Positions 22,586 to 32,800 of a stretch of 64,000 bases of DNA are shown here, piece after piece. Origin of the DNA: Selaginella moellendorffii (taxonomy: Eukaryota > Plantae > Lycopodiophyta); assembly GCF_000143415.4 (NCBI RefSeq), contig NW_003314264.1, positions 2,613,710 to 2,677,709 of the forward strand, in the 5' to 3' direction. Under the pieces are notes generated by a model, which worked only from the letters and a program-made list of their open reading frames with translations, did no database searches and was not told where the DNA came from. Position 1 is the stretch's first letter; the number at the start of each line of letters is the position of its first letter. Position numbers and translations under genes: made by a program.

Positions 22586-22940
22586 ATCTACACGAAAATC
22601 ATGGCAAAGTATTGGCAGCAGCGAGAAAACTCTTTGATCTCATGACGCAGGCATTAACGAGCATGGTCGGAAACTCCGTCCACTTTAGAGGTAGCGCAGC
22701 GGTAGCTTCAAGTTGCAAGAGTCGGGGAGTGCTCTTGTTTCAATGGCTGGAGATTCCGGTGTGATGGCGAGGAAGCAGCACTGGGGATCACCTCAGCAAG
22801 TGGATCTGAGGAGGACCCGCGGAGTGCACGGAGCAAAGCAGCTCCTGGGAGACCAGCTCTGGAAAAGGAGTCAAGCTAGTGGACCAAACGCCGTGCTTGA
22901 TAAGCAAGTCGTCGTCAATGCTGAAGTCTTCTTACACGAC
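22586..22940 (+). pseudogene. Internally deleted tandem copy of the 3' half of PPR3
   Basis: Collinear blocks match about 21548-21606, 22144-22198, 22426-22480 and 22510-22518. Confidence 0.85.
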
Positions 22941-23091
22941 GCGGACGTCAACGCGTCCGTGCTTGACGGCAACGATTATAATACATGAAACTGGGCTACT
23001 ATAAAAACTTAGCAAATGTTAGAGCCACTCCACAGTTCAGAGTTCTTACTTGTCTTCGATTACTCGTCACCCAGTGTTCGCAGTAGCATTC

Positions 23092-23682
23092 ATGGCTTAT
23101 CACCGATCTTCGGCATTCCTTGTGCTCTTCTTGGCTTGCATGGGTCTGGGATTGTCACTGGCAGCTGCGACGAGGGAGAGTTTCACGTGCTACTGGACTC
23201 CATCTGAGAGTGGTATATGCAGAGGCAAGGCGGCGGACACGGGCATCCAGGACTGCAATACTAAGCAAGAGATAGCTAAGGTGTGTGGCGATTTCTGGAA
23301 TAAGATTCATACAGAGGGCGCCGGGAAGTTGAAGGATGGGCGATACGTGACTTGCCAAGACAACAATTGCTACTGCTTCGGCGTGACGGATGGTCCCAAG
23401 GGCAGCAAAGACAACAACTTGCACCTCTACGTGTCGATTGCGGTTCCGGGCCAGAAGTATCCGTTTGGAACCAAGCTCGAGATAAGTCAGCTCAAGGGGC
23501 TGGTGCTTCCCGGCGGTGGGCGACACAACGGGTGTGTTCGGGTGGAGGACTCGTGCACAAGCTGTAACATGGACTTCTACGTGGGGCTGAAGAGGAACTA
23601 CGATGCTATTGACGCGCAGGTCACTGGTGCCTGGGATGTTACAAGCGGTTCGAACTGCGAGATTTGGAACTATGGTAATTGA
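23092..23682 (+). CDS. Secreted Cys-rich protein with a 3D (MltA C-terminal / double-psi beta-barrel)-like domain, 196 aa, intronless
   Basis: Signal peptide (SAFLVLFLACMGLGLSLAAA), 11 Cys in the mature part, and SIAV..YPFGTKLEI...CVRVED...MDFYVG resembling the 3D motif. TATAAAA at 23000 and AATAAA at 23710. Confidence 0.72.
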   Translation: MAYHRSSAFLVLFLACMGLGLSLAAATRESFTCYWTPSESGICRGKAADTGIQDCNTKQEIAKVCGDFWNKIHTEGAGKLKDGRYVTCQDNNCYCFGVTDGPKGSKDNNLHLYVSIAVPGQKYPFGTKLEISQLKGLVLPGGGRHNGCVRVEDSCTSCNMDFYVGLKRNYDAIDAQVTGAWDVTSGSNCEIWNYGN

Positions 23683-23820
23683 GACCCTCCATGTTCTGCT
23701 GCACTCTTGAATAAAAGGCCGTGATCAAGCCTAATGGACCTTGCTGCCATGAGTAGCTCCCAAATCATCCCGGACTCTCGAGTAGCTCATCCTGTAGAAT
23801 GTTGTGCATGAAACTCGATT

Positions 23821-24845
23821 TTAGGAACTTGGTAGCTTCTCCAGAAGGAAAATGTTCTCCTTGTCATCTCGGCCGACTCTCCAGCTCTCATCCAGGTAGC
23901 TTTGGTTTGTCAGGAAAAACTAGCAAGAGCTGTTGCAAAAGGATACGTGATTTCAAGCCAGCCCGCGGGATTGAAAATGCCTAGCAGGAGGTCGTAGTTC
24001 TTCTCAAATAAGTTCATCAACTGCAAGCAACAGAATCTAGCACAACTTAGAAACTCTTTGTACCAGTGATGACGGATACCTGGTTTGGAACAATTGTCGA
24101 TGATTCATACGTGATATCTACGTGCTAATCCCTTGAATCCAAAAGACTTAACAATGAAACCAAAGAGAAGAATGCGAGCAAACCGTGGGCGAAGTGATTC
24201 GATACGAAGCCGTGATGGTAAGCGAGCCTCTAAACATTGAAAATGCAGGAACGGTAAACTCGATCGTGTTCACTGCTTTCATCTGCGTTAAGGCAGGCAT
24301 GTCGAGGAAACAAAAGAGAAACACGAAAGAAGCCATCGCTAAACCTTCGCTATGTCAATCGTTTGAGTAAAGTCTCCAAGAGAGATGAAGTCCCGAAGCC
24401 CGAGTTTAGTACGTTTCGAGCCGAGAATGGAGATGGTGCTGTAAAGAAGCTGCCAGTTACCATCCAGCTGCGACAATGAAATCGAAAAATCTTTTAGTGT
24501 TGAACAACGAGAATGTGACCTTTGGAAGATTTTCCATGGGATTCGGGCATGGATTCAATCTCTCCAGCTCCATGATAAGCTCCTCAATCGCGATTTTCTT
24601 TGGGGTCTGGACTCCAAATATCCCCCTGTTGATACCTGCGCGAAAGGAGGCATAGACACATTGTCCTAGAACAGATAGAGCAAGAACAGACCTTTTAAGT
24701 TATCCTTGATGGAAGATTTTAGATCTCGCAGCTCTGGAGCAGTGAGCGCAAGAGATTCCTCCTTGCAGGCCAATCTTGTGCTGATGCTATTGCAGCAGCG
24801 GCTTGGCCACGCCCAACAAGCACCGGCATTGATCGCTGCCGCCAT
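23821..24845 (-). CDS. FBN5: Plastid fibrillin 5 (PAP/fibrillin family), multi-exon, not visible as one ORF
   Basis: Spliced translation [83 protein letters not shown]. Confidence 0.9.
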
Positions 24846-24896
24846 AGAACACTTTAGGGTTTGTCCTCTTCGTGGGCGGGAGGTTTATTCAAATGT

Positions 24897-26861
24897 ATGT
24901 CTCGCGAGGAATTGCTACTGATCGTTCGCTCCTGCCACAGCTTGAATGCCGCCCAGCAGCTCCACGATCGCATCCGCGAGCTGATCAAGTACCCCGATGC
25001 CCACTTCTCGAATCACGTCGTGGACATGTATGGGCGCTGCGGCAGCGCCCATCTCGCCCAGCAAGCGTTCGATGGCATCGCCTCCAAGAATTCTTCGTCC
25101 TGGAACTTCCTCCTTGCCGCATATGCCCGAAATGGGCATTTGGAAACCGCCAAGCGCCTCTTTGATTCCATCCCGCAAAGAAATCGTTTCACCTGGAGCA
25201 TCATGCTAGCGGCTTTCACGAAAAGCGGCCACGTGGCGGAAGCTCAGGATCTCCTTGATAGGGCTCCAGAATGGGATCTAGTCTTCACAACCGAGATGCT
25301 CACCGCATATGCCCGAAGCGGGCACCTTGAAAAAGCCGAAAGAATCTTTCACAGCATGGCCGAGTGGGACCTCGTGTGCTTCGGCGCGATGATAACGGCA
25401 TATTCGCAGTCTGGACACGTGGCAAGAGCCGAGAGATTCTTTGGCTGGATGCCGGGGTTGAACCTCGTGTGCTGGAACGCCATGCTGGCTGCTTATGCCC
25501 AAAACGGGCATCTGCTGCGTGCCAAGGAGCTGTTTGACCGGATGCCACGTCGGAATCTGCTGACTTGGAATTCTATGCTGGCGGCGTGCTTCCATCACGG
25601 CTGCGAGCAGGAGGCGAAAGAGGTGTTCGATCGCATGCCGGAGTGGGATCTGGTGTCGTCCACGTCCATGGTGACGGAATTTGCCAGGATCGGACGGTTG
25701 CCGGACGCCATGCGATTGTGGGAGGCGATTCCTGAGCAGAATCGCTTTATTTCGACGGCGATGATGGCCGTGTGCGGAAAGAACGGATTGTTGGTTGAGG
25801 CCAAAGAGATCTTCGATCGGATGCAAGAGCGTGATATGCCGTCTTGGAATGCGTTGCTCTCTGCGTATACCCAGAATGGTCATCTTGTGCGAGCTAGAGA
25901 GGTGTTTGATTTGATGCCGCGGCGAAACATGGTCTCGTGGAACACAATGCTGGTGTCACTTGTCCAAACGGGCGACCTCGACTCCGCAGAGATGCTGTTT
26001 TATAAAATCCCACAGCAGAATATCGTCTCGTGTACGGCAATGCTCGTTGGCTTTGCCGAGGGTGGTAACCTCCACAAAGCCGCTAGAGTGTTCCGTACGA
26101 TGCCCACACAGGACGTGGTTTCATGCACGGCAATGGTTTCTGCATATGCCCAATCTGGGCATCTGGAAGATGCTCATTTTCTTCTCTGTTCAATGCCGGT
26201 CCAGAACCTTGTTTCGTGGAACGCAATGTTATCTGGCTACGCCAACTTTGGCCATCTTGATGAAGCGTATTCTTTGTTTGTAAGCCTCCCTGAAAAGAAT
26301 CTAGTTTCCTGGAACTCAATGCTCGCAGGATATGCCCAAAACGGGCATGCTGAAGCCGCAGTGACGGTGTTTCACGGCATGCCCGAGAGGGACATCGTGT
26401 CCTGGAACTCCTACTTGGGCGCGCTCGCGTTTAACCGGGGTAGCGTTCGCGTCGCGCTCGCCCAGTACGAATCGATGAAGCTCACGGACAATCCCGACGA
26501 GGTGTGCTTCGCGATCGTGTTGCTGTGTTGCAGCCATGCCGGGAAGATCCGGGGCGGGATCCAGCGCTTCCTGGCGATGAGCTTCGATTTCTCGGTGGCC
26601 GTGACGAGGAATCACTACTGCTGCCTAATCGATCTGTTTGGGCGCACTGGGCATCTCGCCGAGGCCGCGGATTTGATCGCCCATATGCCATTTGAGCCCG
26701 ATTCTCTGGAATTGCGATGCCTGCTGGGGGCGTGTAGGACGCATGGGAATCTCGAGCACGGCGCGCGCGTTGCGAGCTTTGTGCTGGGATTGAGAGGGGA
26801 AGAATGCGCCTCCTCCTATGTGTTCCTCGCGAGCATATACACGCACGCTCTCAAAATTTAG
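24897..26861 (+). CDS. PLS-class PPR protein 4 (SS array, E1, truncated E2)
   Basis: Intronless ORF with first ATG at 24897 and 31-aa repeats, ending HYCCLIDLFGRTG...SYVFLASIY. Confidence 0.92.
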   Translation: MSREELLLIVRSCHSLNAAQQLHDRIRELIKYPDAHFSNHVVDMYGRCGSAHLAQQAFDGIASKNSSSWNFLLAAYARNGHLETAKRLFDSIPQRNRFTWSIMLAAFTKSGHVAEAQDLLDRAPEWDLVFTTEMLTAYARSGHLEKAERIFHSMAEWDLVCFGAMITAYSQSGHVARAERFFGWMPGLNLVCWNAMLAAYAQNGHLLRAKELFDRMPRRNLLTWNSMLAACFHHGCEQEAKEVFDRMPEWDLVSSTSMVTEFARIGRLPDAMRLWEAIPEQNRFISTAMMAVCGKNGLLVEAKEIFDRMQERDMPSWNALLSAYTQNGHLVRAREVFDLMPRRNMVSWNTMLVSLVQTGDLDSAEMLFYKIPQQNIVSCTAMLVGFAEGGNLHKAARVFRTMPTQDVVSCTAMVSAYAQSGHLEDAHFLLCSMPVQNLVSWNAMLSGYANFGHLDEAYSLFVSLPEKNLVSWNSMLAGYAQNGHAEAAVTVFHGMPERDIVSWNSYLGALAFNRGSVRVALAQYESMKLTDNPDEVCFAIVLLCCSHAGKIRGGIQRFLAMSFDFSVAVTRNHYCCLIDLFGRTGHLAEAADLIAHMPFEPDSLELRCLLGACRTHGNLEHGARVASFVLGLRGEECASSYVFLASIYTHALKI

Positions 26862-26886
26862 GGTTTAGCTAGGGTTTTGGAGGAAA

Positions 26887-29800
26887 ATGGCGACAGCGCT
26901 TGGCGCCCAGCTCAAGGCGCTGTCGTCAATCCAGGGGCGGGAGACGGCTTTGGTTCCTGGCACTCGCACGCGCCCATCGCTGCTGTTTGATCCCAGGAAA
27001 GCGGCGGATATCGATCTCCAGGCGATTTTTTCAATCGCTCAAGCAGGTCCGAGGAGAGTTTTTTTTTTTCCGCGAGAATGTGATTTTTTTTCCTTTCATT
27101 TACAGGATTGCAAGAGCTGCTGGAGCTTAATGGCGCGTTCGTTCCATTCCAAAGGACGCTCTTTAGCACCGAGAGCACACAAACGGATAGAGAGCTCCAG
27201 ACAAAGGAATTCAATGACAAGCTCAATCAATCCATCGCGTCGTTCTTGCAAGTCCTCTCGGCATTTGTTCTTCTCCCTCCGGCTCACCAAGTTCTGGAGT
27301 ACCTCATCCGGCGCTACAAGTTTGTGTTGGTTTGGGTTTTCTAACTTCGATTTGACACCTGCTTCTTACTGTGCCAGGATCCATGTCTACAACGTTGAAG
27401 ATGTCATGATGTCCATACTTCCATTCCACGAAACCAGCGTTTTTGTTCGAATTGTTCAGCTCCTCAAGCTCAAGTATGCTATGTCTTTTTACGACTCGTA
27501 GCTTTTAACATTTCTTTTTTTTCCAGGAAAACGAGGTGGGAGTTTCTTAAGGGAGTGCAGAAATCCGGTGCTGCCCCGCCCCGTGAAGTTCTCGTACAAA
27601 GATGCACCCATGACAATGCTTTCTTGGAAGCTGTCTGTGACACGGTGAGTTTACGGACCTTCAAATCATGCTGGTCTCTTACATTCATGTTTCTGTTCAG
27701 GGACTGATGGGAATTAAACCTCTGGTAAACGCAAGGACACATGTAACATTCAGCTGCGTGACAGTGATGGAGACATTGTCGAAGATCCCTTCCGTAACGA
27801 AAGATGTCTTGAATAAAGTCATGCCATTTATTCTTCATGCTTTTGAGAATGGCGTGACTGATGAATATCGGGTAAGTATAGTTACTCTTCCTCATGTGCT
27901 AATGACAGACTCTCAGGTTGGGGGACTAATGATAATCGGCCTGCTGACTGGCAAGGCAACTCTTACCAAGAACTTGTGCTCAACGCTGCTCGAGTCAGTG
28001 AGCAAAGCAGCGTCTAGAGGAGATGCGCAGCTGTCTCGCCTCTCGCTGATGATTATGATTCAGATTTTACAGGTGCGAATCCTAGGAACTAGAATGATCG
28101 TCATATATGACGTGTTTTTGTATTTAGACTCAAGAAGTGGACCTTTTCCCTCGGAAGGCGTTCAAGTACACCGTAAAAGTGAAGTATGTAATCGCTAGTT
28201 TTGCATCTAAATAGTTTAAACTTATGATCGTTTTTCATGCCAGGGAGCTTCCAGTATTGTTGACAGAGCTATCAAAACTATTTGACGCCGAGAGGTTCAT
28301 TTTCTTGTTCTCTAGTGCCCTTGCAGAGCACAGGTACGCAAGTTTTCGTTCCTCACTACTTAAAATCTTATTATTCTTGCTCTATCAGCCTACGGAGCAG
28401 AAACTACGAGAAAAGATTTTTTGAGATGATTGCGGAATTAAATCTTGGACGCCATGTGAAGGTTATTTTGTCGAGACTACTCAATGCTGGCATAGAAAAA
28501 GAAGCCGAGGACAATAATTTTTGTGCTAGTAAGTCTATGATCTCCGTCTTTCTGCAACTTTAACAAAGTTTTACAGAGGATTTTTTCCGAAAAGCGCTTC
28601 CAGCTATTGAAAAGCTATATCCGTCCGAGCTAGACAGCGCTGTGAAGTCCTTGTTTCAGGTTCTTATTCGTATGATTTCTTATTTCTATCTAACCCTGAG
28701 AACAATTTGCAGGAGAAAAATAGTCCGATAATAAAGATTCTGGATCATGTCTTAAAAGATAGTCTGCGAAAGCCTTTGGAAATGGCCGAGTGCAGTTTGT
28801 ACGAATCTATAGACCATCCAAAGGTGAAATTTTCCAAAGTAGACAATTCGGATATTTAATACGCCCTTTCGCAGGCTGAGGTCCGAAAGCTGGCTGTGCA
28901 ACATATCTCGGAGATGTCCATGACAGCTGAGGTTGGTGTTCTTTTTCGTCTACACTTGTACTTATCGTCTTGGTCTTAGGCTGCTCCGATTATCTGCGGA
29001 GCTTTGCTTCGCCGACTCGGTGACAGTGATCTGGCAGTAGTACAAACTGTTGTGTCGATCAATGGGCTAGAAGAGCTTATTCCACCAGAAAAGCTTATCA
29101 GACCTGTATGCAGTTTGATCCATAATTGCATGGATGTCCTTCAAAGAGGTACTCATCAACAGTCTGTTTTGGTAGTCATTGTTTTTCTTCAGGCCCAAAA
29201 CCTTCGAGAGATGATGCAAAAGCGGTTTTAAAGAAGTGTTTGGAACTTGTGGAAACACATTTTTCAGGACAGGACAGTAGCATGCAGAAGGAAGTCCAAC
29301 GTTGCCTTCTGTGCTATATAACAGTAAACACTAAAGTATTGCTCATTTCCCTTTTTCCCTTTGCAATGTGCTCACTGCTGACATGCTTCAGACATGGAAG
29401 CAGAACCTGCAAGCTTTGAATGCTTCAGCGCAATTTCCAGTTTTGCTCTTCAAATTCCTACCAAAAGAACTTCCTGAACGCTCTGAAGACCGAGGGCTTA
29501 AGGTATGAAAGCCGATTTCTCCTTATTTACCTAAGCTATTTTGTTCAGGATGCCTGGTATACCGAAGTGAACGATAAGATTGTAACTGCGATTGCAGAGT
29601 CTATAGTTCAGGATCACACTTTAACTGACTTATTGCTAGAAGCAGCCATGATATCTGACAACGCCAAAATGTTGAGCCTTCGCGTACTTCCGAGATGCTT
29701 TGTGGAAGGTCCCGATGGTAAGCTTGAGTGTTTTTTTTCTCGTAAGCAATTAACCAGCTCGCTGTTTAAGGAAATTCAGAGCAGTTATTAAAGAAATGCA

Positions 29801-32800
29801 TTCAATTTCTTCGCGAGGAGTGGTCAGCAATCGCAACTAACACTGATACTCTTGGATCGGTGAGCATGAGATTTTTTATCTGTGCATAATATGCCCGCCG
29901 CAAACGTAGGTCGATTATGTTTCTCAGTACGATGCTGACGAGTATCTACTCCTGGGAAAAGGAGAGCTTATTCTTCTTGCATTGTATAGGATCATCCCGT
30001 TCTTGGACTCGTCCGAAGTAAGAAAATTTGGAGTTTCCATCGAGAAAGATGCTAATCTTCTCTATTGCAGGTTCGTGGTAGTATTTATCTTCTTTTTGCA
30101 AACTTTCCCACGTGGGACGTTTTCAAACCACATCTGTTAATTTTCCTCGGGCGCACTTCCGATGCTGTTTCTTTTCTTTTGGAAAGCTCAGTAACAGAAG
30201 GTTTGAGATTTTGTTTTTGTTGTCGTCACTAACACTAATACCAGATAGCACAACGCCTTTACAAGTACATAGCTTGAGTATCCTAGCATGGTATATTTCT
30301 GAAACTTCTATTTCGGATGAGAAGCAGTTACTGTTGGCCGTGGTTGGCTGCATTGTAGCTCTTGCAAGCTCTTTGAAGGTAAAGCTTGATTTCATAATTT
30401 AAGCCATACTTAAATCTTTGTTTGCAGTCTGTACGCGCTGCTGCCATGCGGTGCTTAAAAACAATCAAGCAGGAAGGTCAAGTCTTGAAGAGGCTTTTTT
30501 TTCTTTTGCAAGCCATACATGCCAGTTCCAAGAACTTCGTAAACGATAGGAGGTTTTTGTCATCCTTTCTTCATACTAGTCTTGATAAAAGCAAGCTCAG
30601 CGAACGAGAGTAAGACAATTAGAACATGTGATACGTTTCTGATGTTTTATACTGCAGGATTGAATCCATTGTGATGTGCCTAGTAGAACAAGCTCTAAAG
30701 TTACCGCTTTCAATGCAGGTTTGTGTGGAATAAATTTGCTGATTACTCTAAAGCTTGATCTGCAGGGACTTTTCTTTGAAGTGCTTCGTGCCGTGCCTTA
30801 TACCCCTAGTAAGGCAGCTGCTGCCGAGAACTACTTCCTTGAGCTGCTGCAAAGGCGCAAGGCTTACCATTTAGTAGCGTCTACGTCATCTCTAGGAAAA
30901 CTGAAACATATAGAGATAGATATAATCGATTATCTGCTGGAGGTAATCGTTGAGCTATACAGTATACTTTTTCTGATGCCATTGATGGCTTTGATTTGCA
31001 GATAAACGTAGAGCATATTTCCGTATTGCATTCGGGGAAGGAACAGATGCGGGCGCTTCTTGAAGCTCTGAGTGTAAGCTCGTTTTTATTCATGTGTAAT
31101 TGTTCTAGACAGTGACATTTCTTCTTCAGACTACAGGAGGATCTACTGGGGATCCAGCGGTTGTGAGGCCTTGCCTGTTGGCTCTGAAGTTCCTATCTTC
31201 CGACCTATACAACGGACTTGAATCTTGCTTTCAGGTTGGCGGTTTTAATTTCGGTATAATTTTGTCCCTGATTTTTATTATTCTGATTGCAAGGAAGCAA
31301 TATTTGAATCCCTCTTAGAACTAGCAGCTGTAACGGATAATTCAATATGTTCATCTGCCCAACATACTTTGGATACCCTTCAGGTATATAGTTCGTTTCT
31401 ATTTTATTGATAACTTATTGTTGTCGTTAACAGATTGACCTTGCCATTGTTTCAAAATACCTCGGTTACCTCTATTCTCTAGATGCTTTCACGGGTAGCG
31501 AAAGGAATAAGAAAAGCAAGCGAGTAGAGAATACGAAACATTGGCCTAGACAAGGTGAAGAATTAAAGGTCAGCATAGCGTTACTTGAGTTCCTATTGCG
31601 GATGACAAAGATAGATGCATGGTAAGCTGTTGATTCAATCACTGTATTATGCTTAGCTACGCTACTTGCAGTGGAGGGCTTCTGAAACCACTATTTGAGC
31701 TTTTGCGTTGTCATCTCAACGGACAGTGGCCTAAGTGCGAAACGGAAGTTTCTGAAGGCGATGTGCAGCATACGGCGCAGCTGCTCTTAACTGTCATTGA
31801 GAATATTATAAGATCCAAACCTGCGGTAAGTTGTCGTTTCCATAAGCAGAGTTTGTAACAACTTGTTTGTCAGGAGTGCACTTCGGATATGGATGCGGAC
31901 TTGCTTATTGAGTACCTTAAGGTGGCAAAAGATGATGTTACAAGAACCCAGGTCTTCTCCGTTATTGCTGCAGGAGGAAATTGCTGTCCGGATCGATTTT
32001 TACCACATGTTGTGGAAATCGTTTCAATTGCAGGCGCTTCTATAGTAACAGAAGTACGTATGATGCATCTTGCTGGCTCTGATTTATACTTAACATTAAC
32101 TTCAGGATGTGAGTCACTTCCACACGGTGGTACAGCAGATGCTTGATTCCGTTGTCCCATTCTGGCTGAAACAAATGAATGATCCACGCTCGCTGCTGGA
32201 GGTTTTTGCTTTTACTTGAAGAGTGCAAGGTTTTAATGGTTTACTTTTCAGGTATTTATCGAGGCTTTGCCTGCTGTTCCGCCACACCGTCAGACGGATT
32301 TGGTGAAATGTGTTCTGAGGTTGGTCGTATCCATATTTAGGAAATTTATGTTTCTGAATATTTTTTTATCGACCCAGGGTTACAGAAGAGGACCGTAGCA
32401 TCTCCGCCTTTTTGCTTCTTTTGATCAGAAGATATGAAAAAGAAGCTGAGATGTGGCCTTTAAGCTTCGCCGAAAGGCTCTGTATGAGTTACGACCCCAA
32501 CACAAGAATTTCGGCCCTTGTAAAGTTGTCAGCTGAATTCGATCTTGGAGCCCTACGAACAGAGGATACAAGCATTTGGTCCACCTTGCAACTTTCAACT
32601 CGGTTCATTGCCACTCAACTCCAAAGGCTGGAAGTACATCTACTAGACAATGATATTGTGGTACAAGTAAGCCTGAAACTATGTTTATCGTTAATACTGG
32701 CGTATATATTTGCAGGATGCTTGTCGTACGCTTATGGAGCATGCACTCCAGCAGCTGCAGATGCTTTCTGACAAGAAAATGAAAGCATTATCTGAAGTGG

